This document shows positions 38,910 through 50,808 of a stretch of 64,000 nt of DNA, piece after piece. Made by a program: the position numbers and the translations under genes. The first letter of the stretch is position 1, and every line of letters starts with the position of its first letter. The stretch comes from Pseudomonas sp. (GTDB lineage Bacteria > Pseudomonadota > Gammaproteobacteria > Pseudomonadales > Pseudomonadaceae): the NCBI GenBank assembly GCA_034519305.1, contig JAXHOM010000020.1:9163-73162 (forward strand), given 5' to 3'. Under the pieces are notes generated by a model. The model made no database searches, had not been told where the DNA came from, and saw nothing but the letters and a program-made list of their open reading frames with translations.

Positions 38910-40255
38910 TCAACGTTCGTGAAAGGCAGTATCTGCCGTGAGGAAAATAGGCTTCAACAGATACTGAATCACTGATTTACGCCCGGTGACGATATCAGCC
39001 TCGCCTGTCATGCCTGCGATGATCCGACGTGAGTCGTTGCCTACGTAGGGGTGTTCCAGGCTGATCTGTACCTTGTAGAAGCTCGCGCCATTTTCCTTGA
39101 GCTTGAACGAGGTGGGCGAAACCCGCGAGACAGTCCCCGGCACCGAGCCAAAGCGGCTGTAGTCAAAGGAGTCAACTTTGACCACCGCATGCTGGCCTGG
39201 CTGAATGAAGCCGATATCGCGTGGCTGCACCATGACTTCCATGACCACATCCTGACCGGCCGGCACTATCTCGGCGACCACCCCGCCGGGGGCGATTACG
39301 GCGTTCTGCTTGGTTTGCGGCAGGTTCATCACCACCCCCGCGACAGGTGCCTTGATCTCGAATTGCGCGCCGCGCTGTGCCAGTGCGCGTTCCTCGGCCT
39401 GCAGCTCGCGCCACAGTTCGGTGGTCTTGCCCAGCTCGATGCTGATGTTCTGGGTGAACTCGGCATCCACGCTTTTGGTCTCCGCTTCCAGGGTAGTGAT
39501 CTGGTCCTGGGCAGAGGCCATGCGCGAGGCCAGCTCGGACTGCCGTTCCTGCACGGCAGTAACTTGCTGGCGTGCGTCGCTGAGCATCAGCTTGCTCACC
39601 AGCCCCTTGCGTGCGCCCTCTTCCAGACGGGCCAGGCGACTACTCGCCTCCGCCAGCTCCCTGGCCAGCAGCGCCTTGTCGCGCCGCATGCCGTCGATCT
39701 GGCGCTGCTGCTGGACAATCGCACTGCGCTTGGCATCGCCCAGAGAGCGGCGTTCATCCAGCTGAATGGCGTACGAGGCCCTGGCCTGCTGCACCATGTT
39801 GGGGAACTTGGCAAACGCTGCAAAATCCGGCTCGCGGTTTTCCAGCAGCGCGCCTAGGCGCTCGCGGTCGATCAGCGCTGAGGCCAGTTTGACTTCGTTC
39901 TGTGCCTTTTCCTTGTTCAGGTTGGTTGCCGCGAACTCGACCAGTGCCTGGCCGGCTTCGACGGTCTGGCCTTCCTGCACCAGTAGCCGGACGATGGTGC
40001 CGCCTTCTTCGACCTGCAGTGATTGCACGCCAGCGCCGGGCTGGACTTCGCCGTGGGCTTTGGCCAACTCGTCGACCTGCGCCAGGCTTGCCCAGACGAT
40101 AAACACCAGCACCAGCCCAGCTACGGCCAGCATCGTCCGGCGCAGCAGCAGGGTCTGGCGCGAATCGTCGAGGAGGTTGTCGATGCGCGCGCTGAAGCTC
40201 TGATCGGCGGCGATTACGTCGATGATTTCTAGAGATTCTTTCTTGTTCATGGTGG

Positions 40256-40259
<4 letters not shown>
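38910..40259 (-). CDS. HlyD-family type I secretion periplasmic adaptor
   Basis: N-terminal TM, coiled coil, IKAPVAG, DIGFI.PGQ, GMT..ADIVTG..SVIQYLLKP. Confidence 0.93.
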
Positions 40260-42432
<2,173 letters not shown>

Positions 42433-42436
<4 letters not shown>

Positions 42437-44040
42437 GCGCCCACCTCGCCAGTTTCGATCACCAACTGCCGGGTGCAGGAGGCCATCAGGGCTTCCTTAT
42501 GCGACACCAGCAGTACCGTTGTATTGCCCTGCAATGACTTGAGCACCTCGGCCAAGCGCCTGATGCCGTCAAGGTCGAGGCCGCTGGCGGCATGATCGAG
42601 CAGCAGGATGCGCGGTTTGCGCAATAACCCGCGAATCAGTGCGATGCGCTGGTAGATGCCCTCGTCCAGATGTTCCGTGGCCCCTAGCCCGACCTCGGTG
42701 AGCACCCCATGGCGCAAACGGTCCAGGTAGGGCTGCAGGCCCAGTAGTTCGCAGTAGTGCTTCACCTCTGCGTTGCAGCGCGGGTCAAACAGGGTCAGGT
42801 TGTTGAGGATGGAACCGGGCACCAGTGCCGGATGACGGGTCACCAGCGCGACGCTGCGGGCATAGTCGGCGCGCGCAAGGCGCTCGACAGGCTGACCGTC
42901 GAGCAGCACCTGGATGCGCTCATCCAAGGTAATCCCGGCAACCACCGACAGCAGATGAGAGGCATCTGTCGCGCTGGCCGAATGCACATGAACGACTTCG
43001 CCGGCAGCGATGCGAGCCGGTCCGGAAAACCAGCCTGGCGCCGTTAGAGTCAGCTCGCCTGCGCCAATCGCCGCGCCGGCACCCGGCGCAGGAGTTATGT
43101 CCACCTGGAAATCACTGCTGAACAGATCATCGACCTTGGCTTGGGCGGCGCCGGTGCGTGCCAGCTGTGCCCAGTAACCGAGGCTCGCCATGACAGGCCC
43201 GACCGCCCGGCCAACCAGCATGGTGCAAGCTGCCAGACCGCCCGTGCTGAGCCGGCCATTCACCACCTCAACCGCCCCCCAGGCCACCACCAGCACGGTC
43301 GCCAGCTGGCTGATTGCCTGGGCATTTTCCCGCACCCAGCCCTGCAGGGTTTCTAGGCTGGCGCTGCGCTGCATGTAGGCAGCGTTCAGCCGCCGGTAGA
43401 TGGCTGCCACTCGCCCCTCGGCCCCGGCGGACTTGATGTCGGCCAACCCCGTCAGGCTGCTCCAGGCCAGAGTCCTGCGCTGCCAGTCACTTTCTTCGAC
43501 CTTAACTGCAAGGGCGGCAATGATCCGGCTCCAGCGCGCTGCCAGCAGAACCCCGCAGAGAAACAGTGCTAGGGGAACCATGACAAGCCAGCCGCCGATA
43601 TAGGCAATCAGGGCCAGATACAGCAGCGCGAAGGGCGTTTCGTATAGAGCGGCACCGGCTTGGCCAGACCAGAAGTCCCGCACCTGCCCGATGGAACGCA
43701 ATGCATCGCTGATGGCGGGTGCACCGCGCTTCTCAACCTTCTGAACATCCGCGTGCAGCAGACTCTCCAGTGCTTTCAGGTAGGTCTGCGCCTCGTAGCG
43801 GGCGGCAAAGCGCGCAAACAGCAGCACCCGCCCGTAACGCAGAAATGCCTCCATGACAATCGCCAGCCCTACCCCCAACACCAGGACAAGTGCCGTGCCA
43901 TAGGACTGACTGGGCAGGATGCGGTCGTAGATGTGCAGCAGCGCCAGCGGCAACGCCAGCGCCAGCACATGGATCACCGCGGTGACGAGCAACAGGTCGC
44001 CACGAAGTGCGGGCCTGGCAAACAGCGTGGATTTCGGCAT
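42433..44040 (-). CDS. Second type I secretion ABC transporter subunit with degenerate NBD
   Basis: LALPLALLHIYDRILP TMD start; QRIALIRGLLRKPRILLLD; Walker A absent. Confidence 0.85.
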
Positions 44041-44342
44041 AGGTCCTTCTTATGTATCCGCAAGTATGCTTTGCACGATAATAAATGTAAGTTCAATCCA
44101 ATGCTTATGCTTGCGTAGCTGCATCCTCAATCACAAGGTTCTTTCGGGGGGATGCAGTCTATGAGCGCTATCCCCAAGAAGGTCGCCACGACAGGATATG
44201 AATCGCATCCATTTTCGTAGATGCCTTCAATCCTCCATGGCCGACTCCTTCCTGTCGCGTACTGCCGGACTAAAATGCAGATTGTTCATGGGAGGTGGTA
44301 AAGGACTACGCGATGCTTGATTTTGGTGCGTTGGCCATACGG

Positions 44343-45305
44343 CTATGAGTGCGGCTTCGGTAGGCTCTTTCCGACATGCCGTTGCTTCATTTCCGTATAC
44401 CAATGGCCTCGGGTTGCGGCTGGAAACACAATCTCTCCCAGAATGTGTCCTTGACCATATCTTGGTTGCTTTTGCGGATGACGAATACTTGCCACATCAA
44501 CGCCCGCTGCGGATTGGACATGGCATTTCATGCCTGTGCCCAACCGACCGTCACCGTACACACTGATTGACGAGGTGGATTGGTGCCCCATGATGTAAGC
44601 CATGCTTTCAGGGCTTTCCCCGGATGCTTTCAGAATTGATCCCATCTGATGCCTAAAGCTTTTCAGCGTCGGATGCTTTTTCCTCTTAGGCCACAGGCTT
44701 CGGCATTCTTTGCGCAAGCAGTCTCTGATCGCGGTGATGGTGCGTGGGCACTCGGCCATCCACTGTGCGGCCCATTCCACAAGCTTCAGCGTTCTTGGCT
44801 TATTGATTACCAAGGTGCGGTCCGCGCCGCGGTGCAGTTCGGCAGATTTTTTGCCGCCAATAATGTGCACTAGGTTGCCTGTGATGGTGATCGTGCGCAT
44901 CTCGCAGGGGCGTACGCCCAGGCAATAAGCCAGCACTAGTGATGCTGCCTCGTCGAGATTGCCCTTTGCGCGCAGGTGCTTGTGCAGCAATTTGAAGTCC
45001 TCGAAGGAGACTTTCCTTACCTGTTTTCGCTTGGGCTTTTTCGCTATCAGGCTGTTAGGAGCGGTGACCGGGTTGACCAGCGCTCTGATAGCAGCAGCGT
45101 CTTCAGTGCTGCCCCGAGCGAGCTGGTCGTTCATCAAGGCATTCTTGAGGGTGCTGAATGCATTTGGCCGATAGTCCTGAGCACAGGCAAGCAAAGCCGC
45201 GCAGATCTGCGCTGAAGTTGGATTGTCCTCACCGCAGTGATTCCGATAGAAGTTTTGTGCTCGGGTTTGGTACCGCTGCAAGGTCGTTGGCTGCATGGCT
45301 GTCAT
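44343..45305 (-). CDS. Compact tyrosine recombinase-superfamily protein (no obvious arm-binding domain)
   Basis: GVRPCE (R), GGKK (K), LKSFRH (KxxR), MGHQSTSSISVY (H...Y). Confidence 0.85.
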   Translation of the reverse strand: MTAMQPTTLQRYQTRAQNFYRNHCGEDNPTSAQICAALLACAQDYRPNAFSTLKNALMNDQLARGSTEDAAAIRALVNPVTAPNSLIAKKPKRKQVRKVSFEDFKLLHKHLRAKGNLDEAASLVLAYCLGVRPCEMRTITITGNLVHIIGGKKSAELHRGADRTLVINKPRTLKLVEWAAQWMAECPRTITAIRDCLRKECRSLWPKRKKHPTLKSFRHQMGSILKASGESPESMAYIMGHQSTSSISVYGDGRLGTGMKCHVQSAAGVDVASIRHPQKQPRYGQGHILGEIVFPAATRGHWYTEMKQRHVGKSLPKPHS

Positions 45306-45434
45306 CTCTCATCTTGTTGTTTTGATGACAAAGCTAAGCCGCTTCGCGAAAGGCGTTGTGTCAGTTCGGCCTACACTGAAATGCACTACGCCTTCGCTTC
45401 GTTTTTTCTCGTTCCGTCCGAACTGCCCCAACGC

Positions 45435-45461
45435 CCTCTTACTCGCGCCGCGAGTAAGAGG
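45435..45461. repeat. Perfect 13-1-13 palindrome
   Basis: CCTCTTACTCGCG C CGCGAGTAAGAGG. Confidence 0.95.
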
Positions 45462-45827
45462 TGCGCGCTCTCACTCACGCGACACGCTTCATCTGTATTC
45501 AGCGTGCGCCGTGAGCAAAAGCGCGCGCAAGCCTTTTGTCATCAAAATCAAAACGCAGCCAGCGCCTGTGGCGCTGAAGGGACGAGCTCGGCAGCACGAA
45601 GCCCGCAAGCGGAGATGCATGGACAATCGATGCATTTAAAAATGCTTGCTATCGGTCGGTTTTTTGGTTGTGTATTTTGAATATAAATATTTGATTCGTA
45701 TGGTTTTTATATCGAAATATAACCAATAAAAGCAGTGCCGGTTTGGGCACTCTTTGCGTCGGAGGTGGCGGTGATTGTGCCACTTCCGGCTGCTTTTGGT
45801 GCCTGATCAGGCAGCGCTAATGCCGCA

Positions 45828-46074
45828 TGCGGCACAGTAAGTGTGTCGCAAACCGCAGCTGCGACATGCGGGGTGTATCGCAGCTAGCTGCTTGGGACAT
45901 GGTCAGGGTATCGCAGCGCGTGTTGGTGACAGACTGAATGTGCTGCACCAGTGTCCTGCGACACTCCCAGGGTGTCGTAACCGAGTCTGCTACAAGCGGG
46001 GTGTATCGCGGCTAGCGCATGCGACACAAGATTTGTATCGCCGCACGAGCTTGCGACACACCTAGGGTTGCCAC
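45828..46074. repeat. Array of 8 dyads TGCGACA-N9-TRTCGCA with ~32-bp period and variable spacers
   Basis: Left arms start at 45828, 45860, 45893, 45925, 45957, 45988, 46020 and 46052. Confidence 0.9.
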
Positions 46075-46208
46075 TGCGATATTAGGCTATGTCTTCGGGG
46101 CAAACAGCTTTCGTGCGGATGGAGCTGTCTGTAGCTGTTGCCAATATGCAATTGCACTCATTTGCTCGCCAGAGCACACATGAGAAGCCGTTACGACAGG
46201 CTGCATCC

Positions 46209-47823
46209 GGCCGATTCTGTTGAAAAAGTAGGTTCAGCGGCAGCCGGCCGGTCGGATGTGCCTGCTGTCGAAGTGGCTGGAGGCCACTTCAAGCTGCCTT
46301 TCGGCGTTTCACTGAGCTTCCTTGCCCAGGTCTGAGGGTTAGTTCGAGGGTTTCTGCTCGCCGCAGGCGCACCTATCCCGTGATCGGTGGCCCGTGAGGC
46401 AGTAGCTTGGCCATACGTCTCAGGTTTTGCACAGTCGCGGCCAAGGTGAATTCGTCAATCGCACCCGTCAGTCCACGCAGTCGTAAACGGTCGAGTTTCA
46501 TGATCCGTTTGAGGTGGGCGAACAGCATCTCCACCTTCTTCCGTTCGCAACGAGAGACGAGGTATTCCGGTGTCTTGGCGATGCGTCGAGCCACGTCACG
46601 GGCCGCTTCATGGATGCTCCGAGCGATCTTGCGGAATGCGGTATTGGGGCAGCACTTCGCTTTCAGCGGACAGGTGGCGCAGTCGGTTTGGCTGGAGCGG
46701 TAGATGATGGTATTGGCCTTGGTCACACGCGATCTTTTCTGGGTGAAGGCACGCCATTCACTGCGTAGCGGTTTGCCGACTGGGCAGCGGTATTCATTGG
46801 TCTCTGGATTCCAGTGGAAGTCGTTACTGGAAAGACTGTCGTCCTTGCGCTCGGTCTTATCCCACACCGGCACGTGCGGCTCGATGTTCTTTTCTTCGAC
46901 CATCCAGGCCAGCATCGGGGCAGTGCCATAGGCGGTATCGCCGATGAGGCGTTCCGGCGTGAGATCGAACTGCGCTTCGACACGCTCAACCATCGTCCTG
47001 GTCGAATCGACTTCGGCGGTACGGTGCGCCGGGGTCGCCTCCACATCCATGATCACGCCGTGCTCAGTGTCGATCAGGTAGTTCGTGGAGTAGGCAAAGA
47101 ATGCGGGGCCGCCTGGCGCTGCTGTCCAACGAGACAGCGGATCGGTGAGTGAAATCTTCTTGGGGAGGGTTTCAGCCAACGTCTCTTCATCAAGGGCTTC
47201 GAGGTACTCGCGTACGGCGCGGCTGCTCAGCGCAGGATCACGCCAATCGACTTCATCTCCAGCCACTCCACGTTGCCGGCTGGCATCAGCCTTGATGATG
47301 CTGGCGTCGACGGCGAAACCTTCCCCCTTTACCAGGCCGGCCGCCATGCAGCGTCGCAGCACCTCATTGAACAACCAGCGGAACAGACCGCTGTCACGGA
47401 AGCGGCCGTGGCGATTCTTCGAGAAGGTCGAGTGATTGGGTACTTCGTCTTCCAGACCCAGCCGGCAGAACCAGCGATAGGCCAGATTTAAATGCACCTC
47501 TTCGCATAGTCGTCGCTCGGAGCGGATGCCGTAGCAGTAGCCAACGACCAGCATGCGCACCATCAACTCAGGGTCGATCGAGGGGCGTCCAATGGGGCTG
47601 TAGAAGTCGGCCAGATGTGCACGCAGATCGCTGAGATCCAGGCACTGGTCGATGCTGCGCAAGAGGTGTTGGGGCGGAACGTGGTCTTCCAGATTGAACG
47701 AGTAAAACAGCCGCTGCTGCCCACTCGGTAGCTGTCCCATCATGCTGTTCGCCCCCACGCTCACTGACAGAGCAATTTTGCCAACGGCATGGGGAGGTCG
47801 CTACTTTTTCAACAGAATCGGCC
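46209..47823 (-). mobile_element. IS1182-family insertion sequence
   Basis: 23-bp perfect terminal IRs GGCCGATTCTGTTGAAAAAGTAG / CTACTTTTTCAACAGAATCGGCC around a transposase. Confidence 0.92.
46373..47743 (-). CDS. IS1182-family DDE transposase
   Basis: GRPSIDPELM, RSERRLC, AVDAS, GDTAYG, KKVEMLFAHLK. Confidence 0.93.
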   Translation of the reverse strand: MMGQLPSGQQRLFYSFNLEDHVPPQHLLRSIDQCLDLSDLRAHLADFYSPIGRPSIDPELMVRMLVVGYCYGIRSERRLCEEVHLNLAYRWFCRLGLEDEVPNHSTFSKNRHGRFRDSGLFRWLFNEVLRRCMAAGLVKGEGFAVDASIIKADASRQRGVAGDEVDWRDPALSSRAVREYLEALDEETLAETLPKKISLTDPLSRWTAAPGGPAFFAYSTNYLIDTEHGVIMDVEATPAHRTAEVDSTRTMVERVEAQFDLTPERLIGDTAYGTAPMLAWMVEEKNIEPHVPVWDKTERKDDSLSSNDFHWNPETNEYRCPVGKPLRSEWRAFTQKRSRVTKANTIIYRSSQTDCATCPLKAKCCPNTAFRKIARSIHEAARDVARRIAKTPEYLVSRCERKKVEMLFAHLKRIMKLDRLRLRGLTGAIDEFTLAATVQNLRRMAKLLPHGPPITG

Positions 47824-47896
47824 AAAATCGGTCATTCAGGGAAATACAGAAGTACAGCGCGCACTAATGACAATTAGTGCTTCCTGGAGACACGCT

Positions 47897-48193
47897 CTAC
47901 CTTTTTCCAGCATTCGCCTTCATGCTCAAACTGAAGGCTACGCAGGCCGCCGAGGCACTGATCAACATCAACCAGAGCAGTGACCCGAAGCTCGGGCCAT
48001 CGCGCAGGATGCAGATTAGGTAGACAACTCCAAGCAGGCTGAAGCCGGCAGGACGCAGCCAGCGCCTGGGGGGTATCTGGCAGAAGCGTTGCGCCATTAA
48101 ATCCTTCCAGTGACGCGGCATAGCCAGTGCCAAACAGGCGAATCCGGCATAGCCTACGAATCCGGCCAGTAATAACTCCAGCAAGCTATTCAT
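47897..48193 (-). CDS. DUF3325-type small membrane protein (iron-uptake cluster)
   Basis: YAGFACLALAM.RH motif; follows a PepSY-TM gene. Confidence 0.75.
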   Translation of the reverse strand: MNSLLELLLAGFVGYAGFACLALAMPRHWKDLMAQRFCQIPPRRWLRPAGFSLLGVVYLICILRDGPSFGSLLWLMLISASAACVAFSLSMKANAGKR

Positions 48194-49423
48194 GGCGTAA
48201 TACCGCTGCCTGCTTACGATCCCTGCGCTGAGGCTCACGTGCGGGTTGGCCCAAGCGGCGAGCGACCCAAACCGCCAATACGGCAGTCAGTATCAAGGCG
48301 ATGTCCACTCCTGCGACTGCCCATTGGCGATCCGTCAGGCTTCGCAGAATATGATCGCCCGTGCTCCAAGCATTAAGCAGCGGGCATGCTAGGGATAAAG
48401 CAGCAATTCCCCATACCTGTTCACGCCATGCTTTAGCCGGCCGCAACCAGGCATGTGCAAATGTCGCCAGCCAAGCCAAGTAGAACACCAGGATTTCCAC
48501 CTCAGCCCGTTCCATGCCGGCGGCACTAAAGCCAAGCGGTAGCAAACGGTTGGCAACCAGCATGGCCAGTGTTGCCAGGACAATGCCGCTGACGCTGCCG
48601 ATGGTCAGACCTTCAACAATTCGCACGCCAGGTAAACCTTTCTTGGCATGGCTGGCGCGGCGTGCGCCAAGCCAGAACAGAAAGCCAGTAGCAATCATCA
48701 CGCAGCCCGCTACGCCGGCAATAAAGTAGAGCCAACGCAAAGGCCAATGCTCGAACTGGATGAAATGCAGACCAGATATAAATCGTTGCACGGTCATTAC
48801 CGGGCCAGCAGCAAAGCGCTTCAGCACTTCACCGTTACTCGCATCGAAGTACAGGGTGTCCAGGTGCATAGTGATGTCGTTGGCATAAGCGCGCCGCACC
48901 TCGACATAGCTGTTGGCATCACCCGGATGCCAGACCCTGATGAAGAAGGGGTTACCGCCCTGCCACTCGTGTTCAGCCTGGGCCAACATCGCGTCTATTG
49001 AGCCCATTGTTCCAGGTTGTTCAGCTTTGTCCCTACGGTACTGTCCGTAAGCCTCTGTTTCGAACTCGACGCGTGCCTGCGCATGCTTTCCGTAGGTCGC
49101 TAAGTGAGCTTGCGGAAAATAGATGTTCATAAAAATGATCAGCCCCGAGAGGGCGATCATAAAGTGAAAAGGAAGCGCGACGACTCCGCTCAGGTTATGC
49201 AGATCCAGGCTGCTGCGTTGCAGTGTCTTGCGCGGTCTGAAGGTGAAGAAATCAGCAAAAATCTTCTTGTGAATCACCACCCCAGAAACCAGCAAAACCA
49301 GCATGCCCATGCCTGCCAAACCGACGAGCCAATAGCCAATATCGAGCCACTTGAGGTGCAGCATAAAGTGAAACGGAAAGATAAAGCCGGTGCCAGCTTC
49401 ACTGCCTTGGTCGTCAATCAAAG
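48186..49423 (-). pseudogene. 5'-truncated PepSY-associated TM helix protein
   Basis: FHFMLH, LVSGVVIH, DLHNLSGV, LHF motifs; N-terminus replaced at the IS66 end. Confidence 0.8.
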
Positions 49424-49564
49424 GTAAGCGTCCGGCCAACACACCTACCTGACAGCGTCGTCTAAGGCGATGGTGTCCACCTGATTTTAAGTGGACACCT
49501 TTTTTAGCCTTTTTAAGAGGACGCTCATGCAACAAGAACGCCGTTCCTATTCCAAGTCCTTCAA
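49424..49564 (+). mobile_element. IS66-family left-end remnant
   Basis: Begins GTAAGCGTCC; GGTGTCCAC/GTGGACACC stem; tnpA start MQQERRSYSKSF at 49527, then truncated. Confidence 0.8.
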
Positions 49565-50060
49565 CGGCCTGCACCATGTAGCGGTTGACGGTGCGCACAT
49601 TAACCTTCAGCGCATCGGCAATTTGTGCGTACGTCAGACCTTCGAGTTGTGACAGAAGGAATGCTTTACGCACCTTGGCGGGTAAAGTGTTGAGCACAGC
49701 ATCGACTTCGTTCAAGGCTTCAAGAATCAGCGCATGATCTTCAAGGCTTGGCGTGAATTGCTCAGGCAGCTGCGCCAGTGCTTCCAGGTAGGCGCGCTCC
49801 AGACTCTGCCGGCGAAAATGATTGAACATCAGCCGTTTAGCCACAGTGACCAAATAGGCACGGGGCTCAGCCAATTGCAGCTCTGTGTTCGGATGCTGGC
49901 TGACCAGGATGCGCATAAAGGTATCCTGCGCCAGATCAGCCGCATCGCAGCGATTTTCCAAGCGTTTACGCAGCCATCCGTAAAGCCAGGAATGGTGATC
50001 ACTGTAAAGGGCGTGCAGTGCTCTCTGGGGGTGCGTAGCTGCTGTACTGAATGGGCGCAC
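49565..50060 (-). CDS. FecI-like ECF sigma factor, 3' end fused to the IS66 remnant
   Basis: LYSDHHSWL.GWLR, DAADLAQDTF, AFLLSQLEGLTY.QIA. Confidence 0.85.
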
Positions 50061-50090
50061 GGGGTAATCCGGAGAGTTGCCTAGCTGAGT

Positions 50091-50110
50091 AAATGCGAAT
50101 TTTTCTCATT
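50091..50110. promoter_or_regulatory. Probable Fur box upstream of the FecI-like sigma factor
   Basis: AAATGCGAATTTTTCTCATT resembles the AATGAGAATnATTCTCATT-type dyad. Confidence 0.6.
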
Positions 50111-50271
50111 CTAATGATGGCAATCTCATTGCGCAATCGGCTAACACGCCAGGGGAGCGGTTATTCGTAAGATAAATCCTCCTAATCTTGCCAAACGATA
50201 TAGCTAGCCGATGCATCTAGTGACTGGCGGCTTTTGGCCGGGAGTTGCCGCAAGTGGACGGAAGCTCACGA

Positions 50272-50293
50272 CCGGTTCTGTTGAAAAACTCCC
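50272..50293 (+). mobile_element. Orphan IS1182-like terminal repeat
   Basis: CCGGTTCTGTTGAAAAACTCCC resembles the IR at 46209. Confidence 0.55.
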
Positions 50294-50408
50294 TCGACGA
50301 TTTCCTTCGCCGAAAGTACGCGGCTGACCCCAGTTCGGTGGCACCATGACTGTCACCCAGCCTGTTCCGAAACAGTAGGTTAAGGCTTAGCTGCAGAGCA
50401 GGTTGCGA

Positions 50409-50807
50409 TCAGATGATGCAGGCTACGTTCTCGATGCTGGTGCGCTTCCGCTGACCTGGCCCGAGTAGCAGATATGCTGTGTTCAACGTGCGGAACAGAA
50501 AGTCATCCGCGAAATGATGCAGCGGAGACGTTCGCACGAAGTCGCCCACATCCCATCGCCTCTCGCTGTCGTAGACGACCGTATCTGCGTAGATGATTGC
50601 CGGTTGACGCTGAGATGCCACCAGGTTCTGGAGTATTTCCGTGGGCGCGTCCAGGTCTAGCCAGAGCCAGTTGCGAATCAGGCAGAATGATCCATGAGGA
50701 AAGCGCTGTCTGGCGTAGCTGAGTGCTTCTGCGTCGGACATCGAGCTGCCGGACATAGGCAGACCTATGCCCGGAAAAAGCTGAGCCCAGGGGCTTAGGT
50801 CGGTCAT
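50409..50807 (-). CDS. Conserved Pseudomonas island protein (DUF6957-like)
   Basis: FCLIRNWLWLD, IIYADTVVYDS..RW..GDFVRTS, FRTLNT.YLLLG pattern. Confidence 0.6.
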   Translation of the reverse strand: MTDLSPWAQLFPGIGLPMSGSSMSDAEALSYARQRFPHGSFCLIRNWLWLDLDAPTEILQNLVASQRQPAIIYADTVVYDSERRWDVGDFVRTSPLHHFADDFLFRTLNTAYLLLGPGQRKRTSIENVACII

Positions 50808-50808
50808 A

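Noticed and set aside
45841-46065. 74-aa ORF over the dyad array, and ORFs at 45237-45680
   Set aside because: The ~32-bp period is not a multiple of 3, the translations have no recognisable features, and the DNA pattern explains the region better.
45828-46074. CRISPR array interpretation of the dyad array
   Set aside because: Repeats are only 7-8 bp and alternate in orientation, spacers are ~9 nt, and there are no cas genes in the window.
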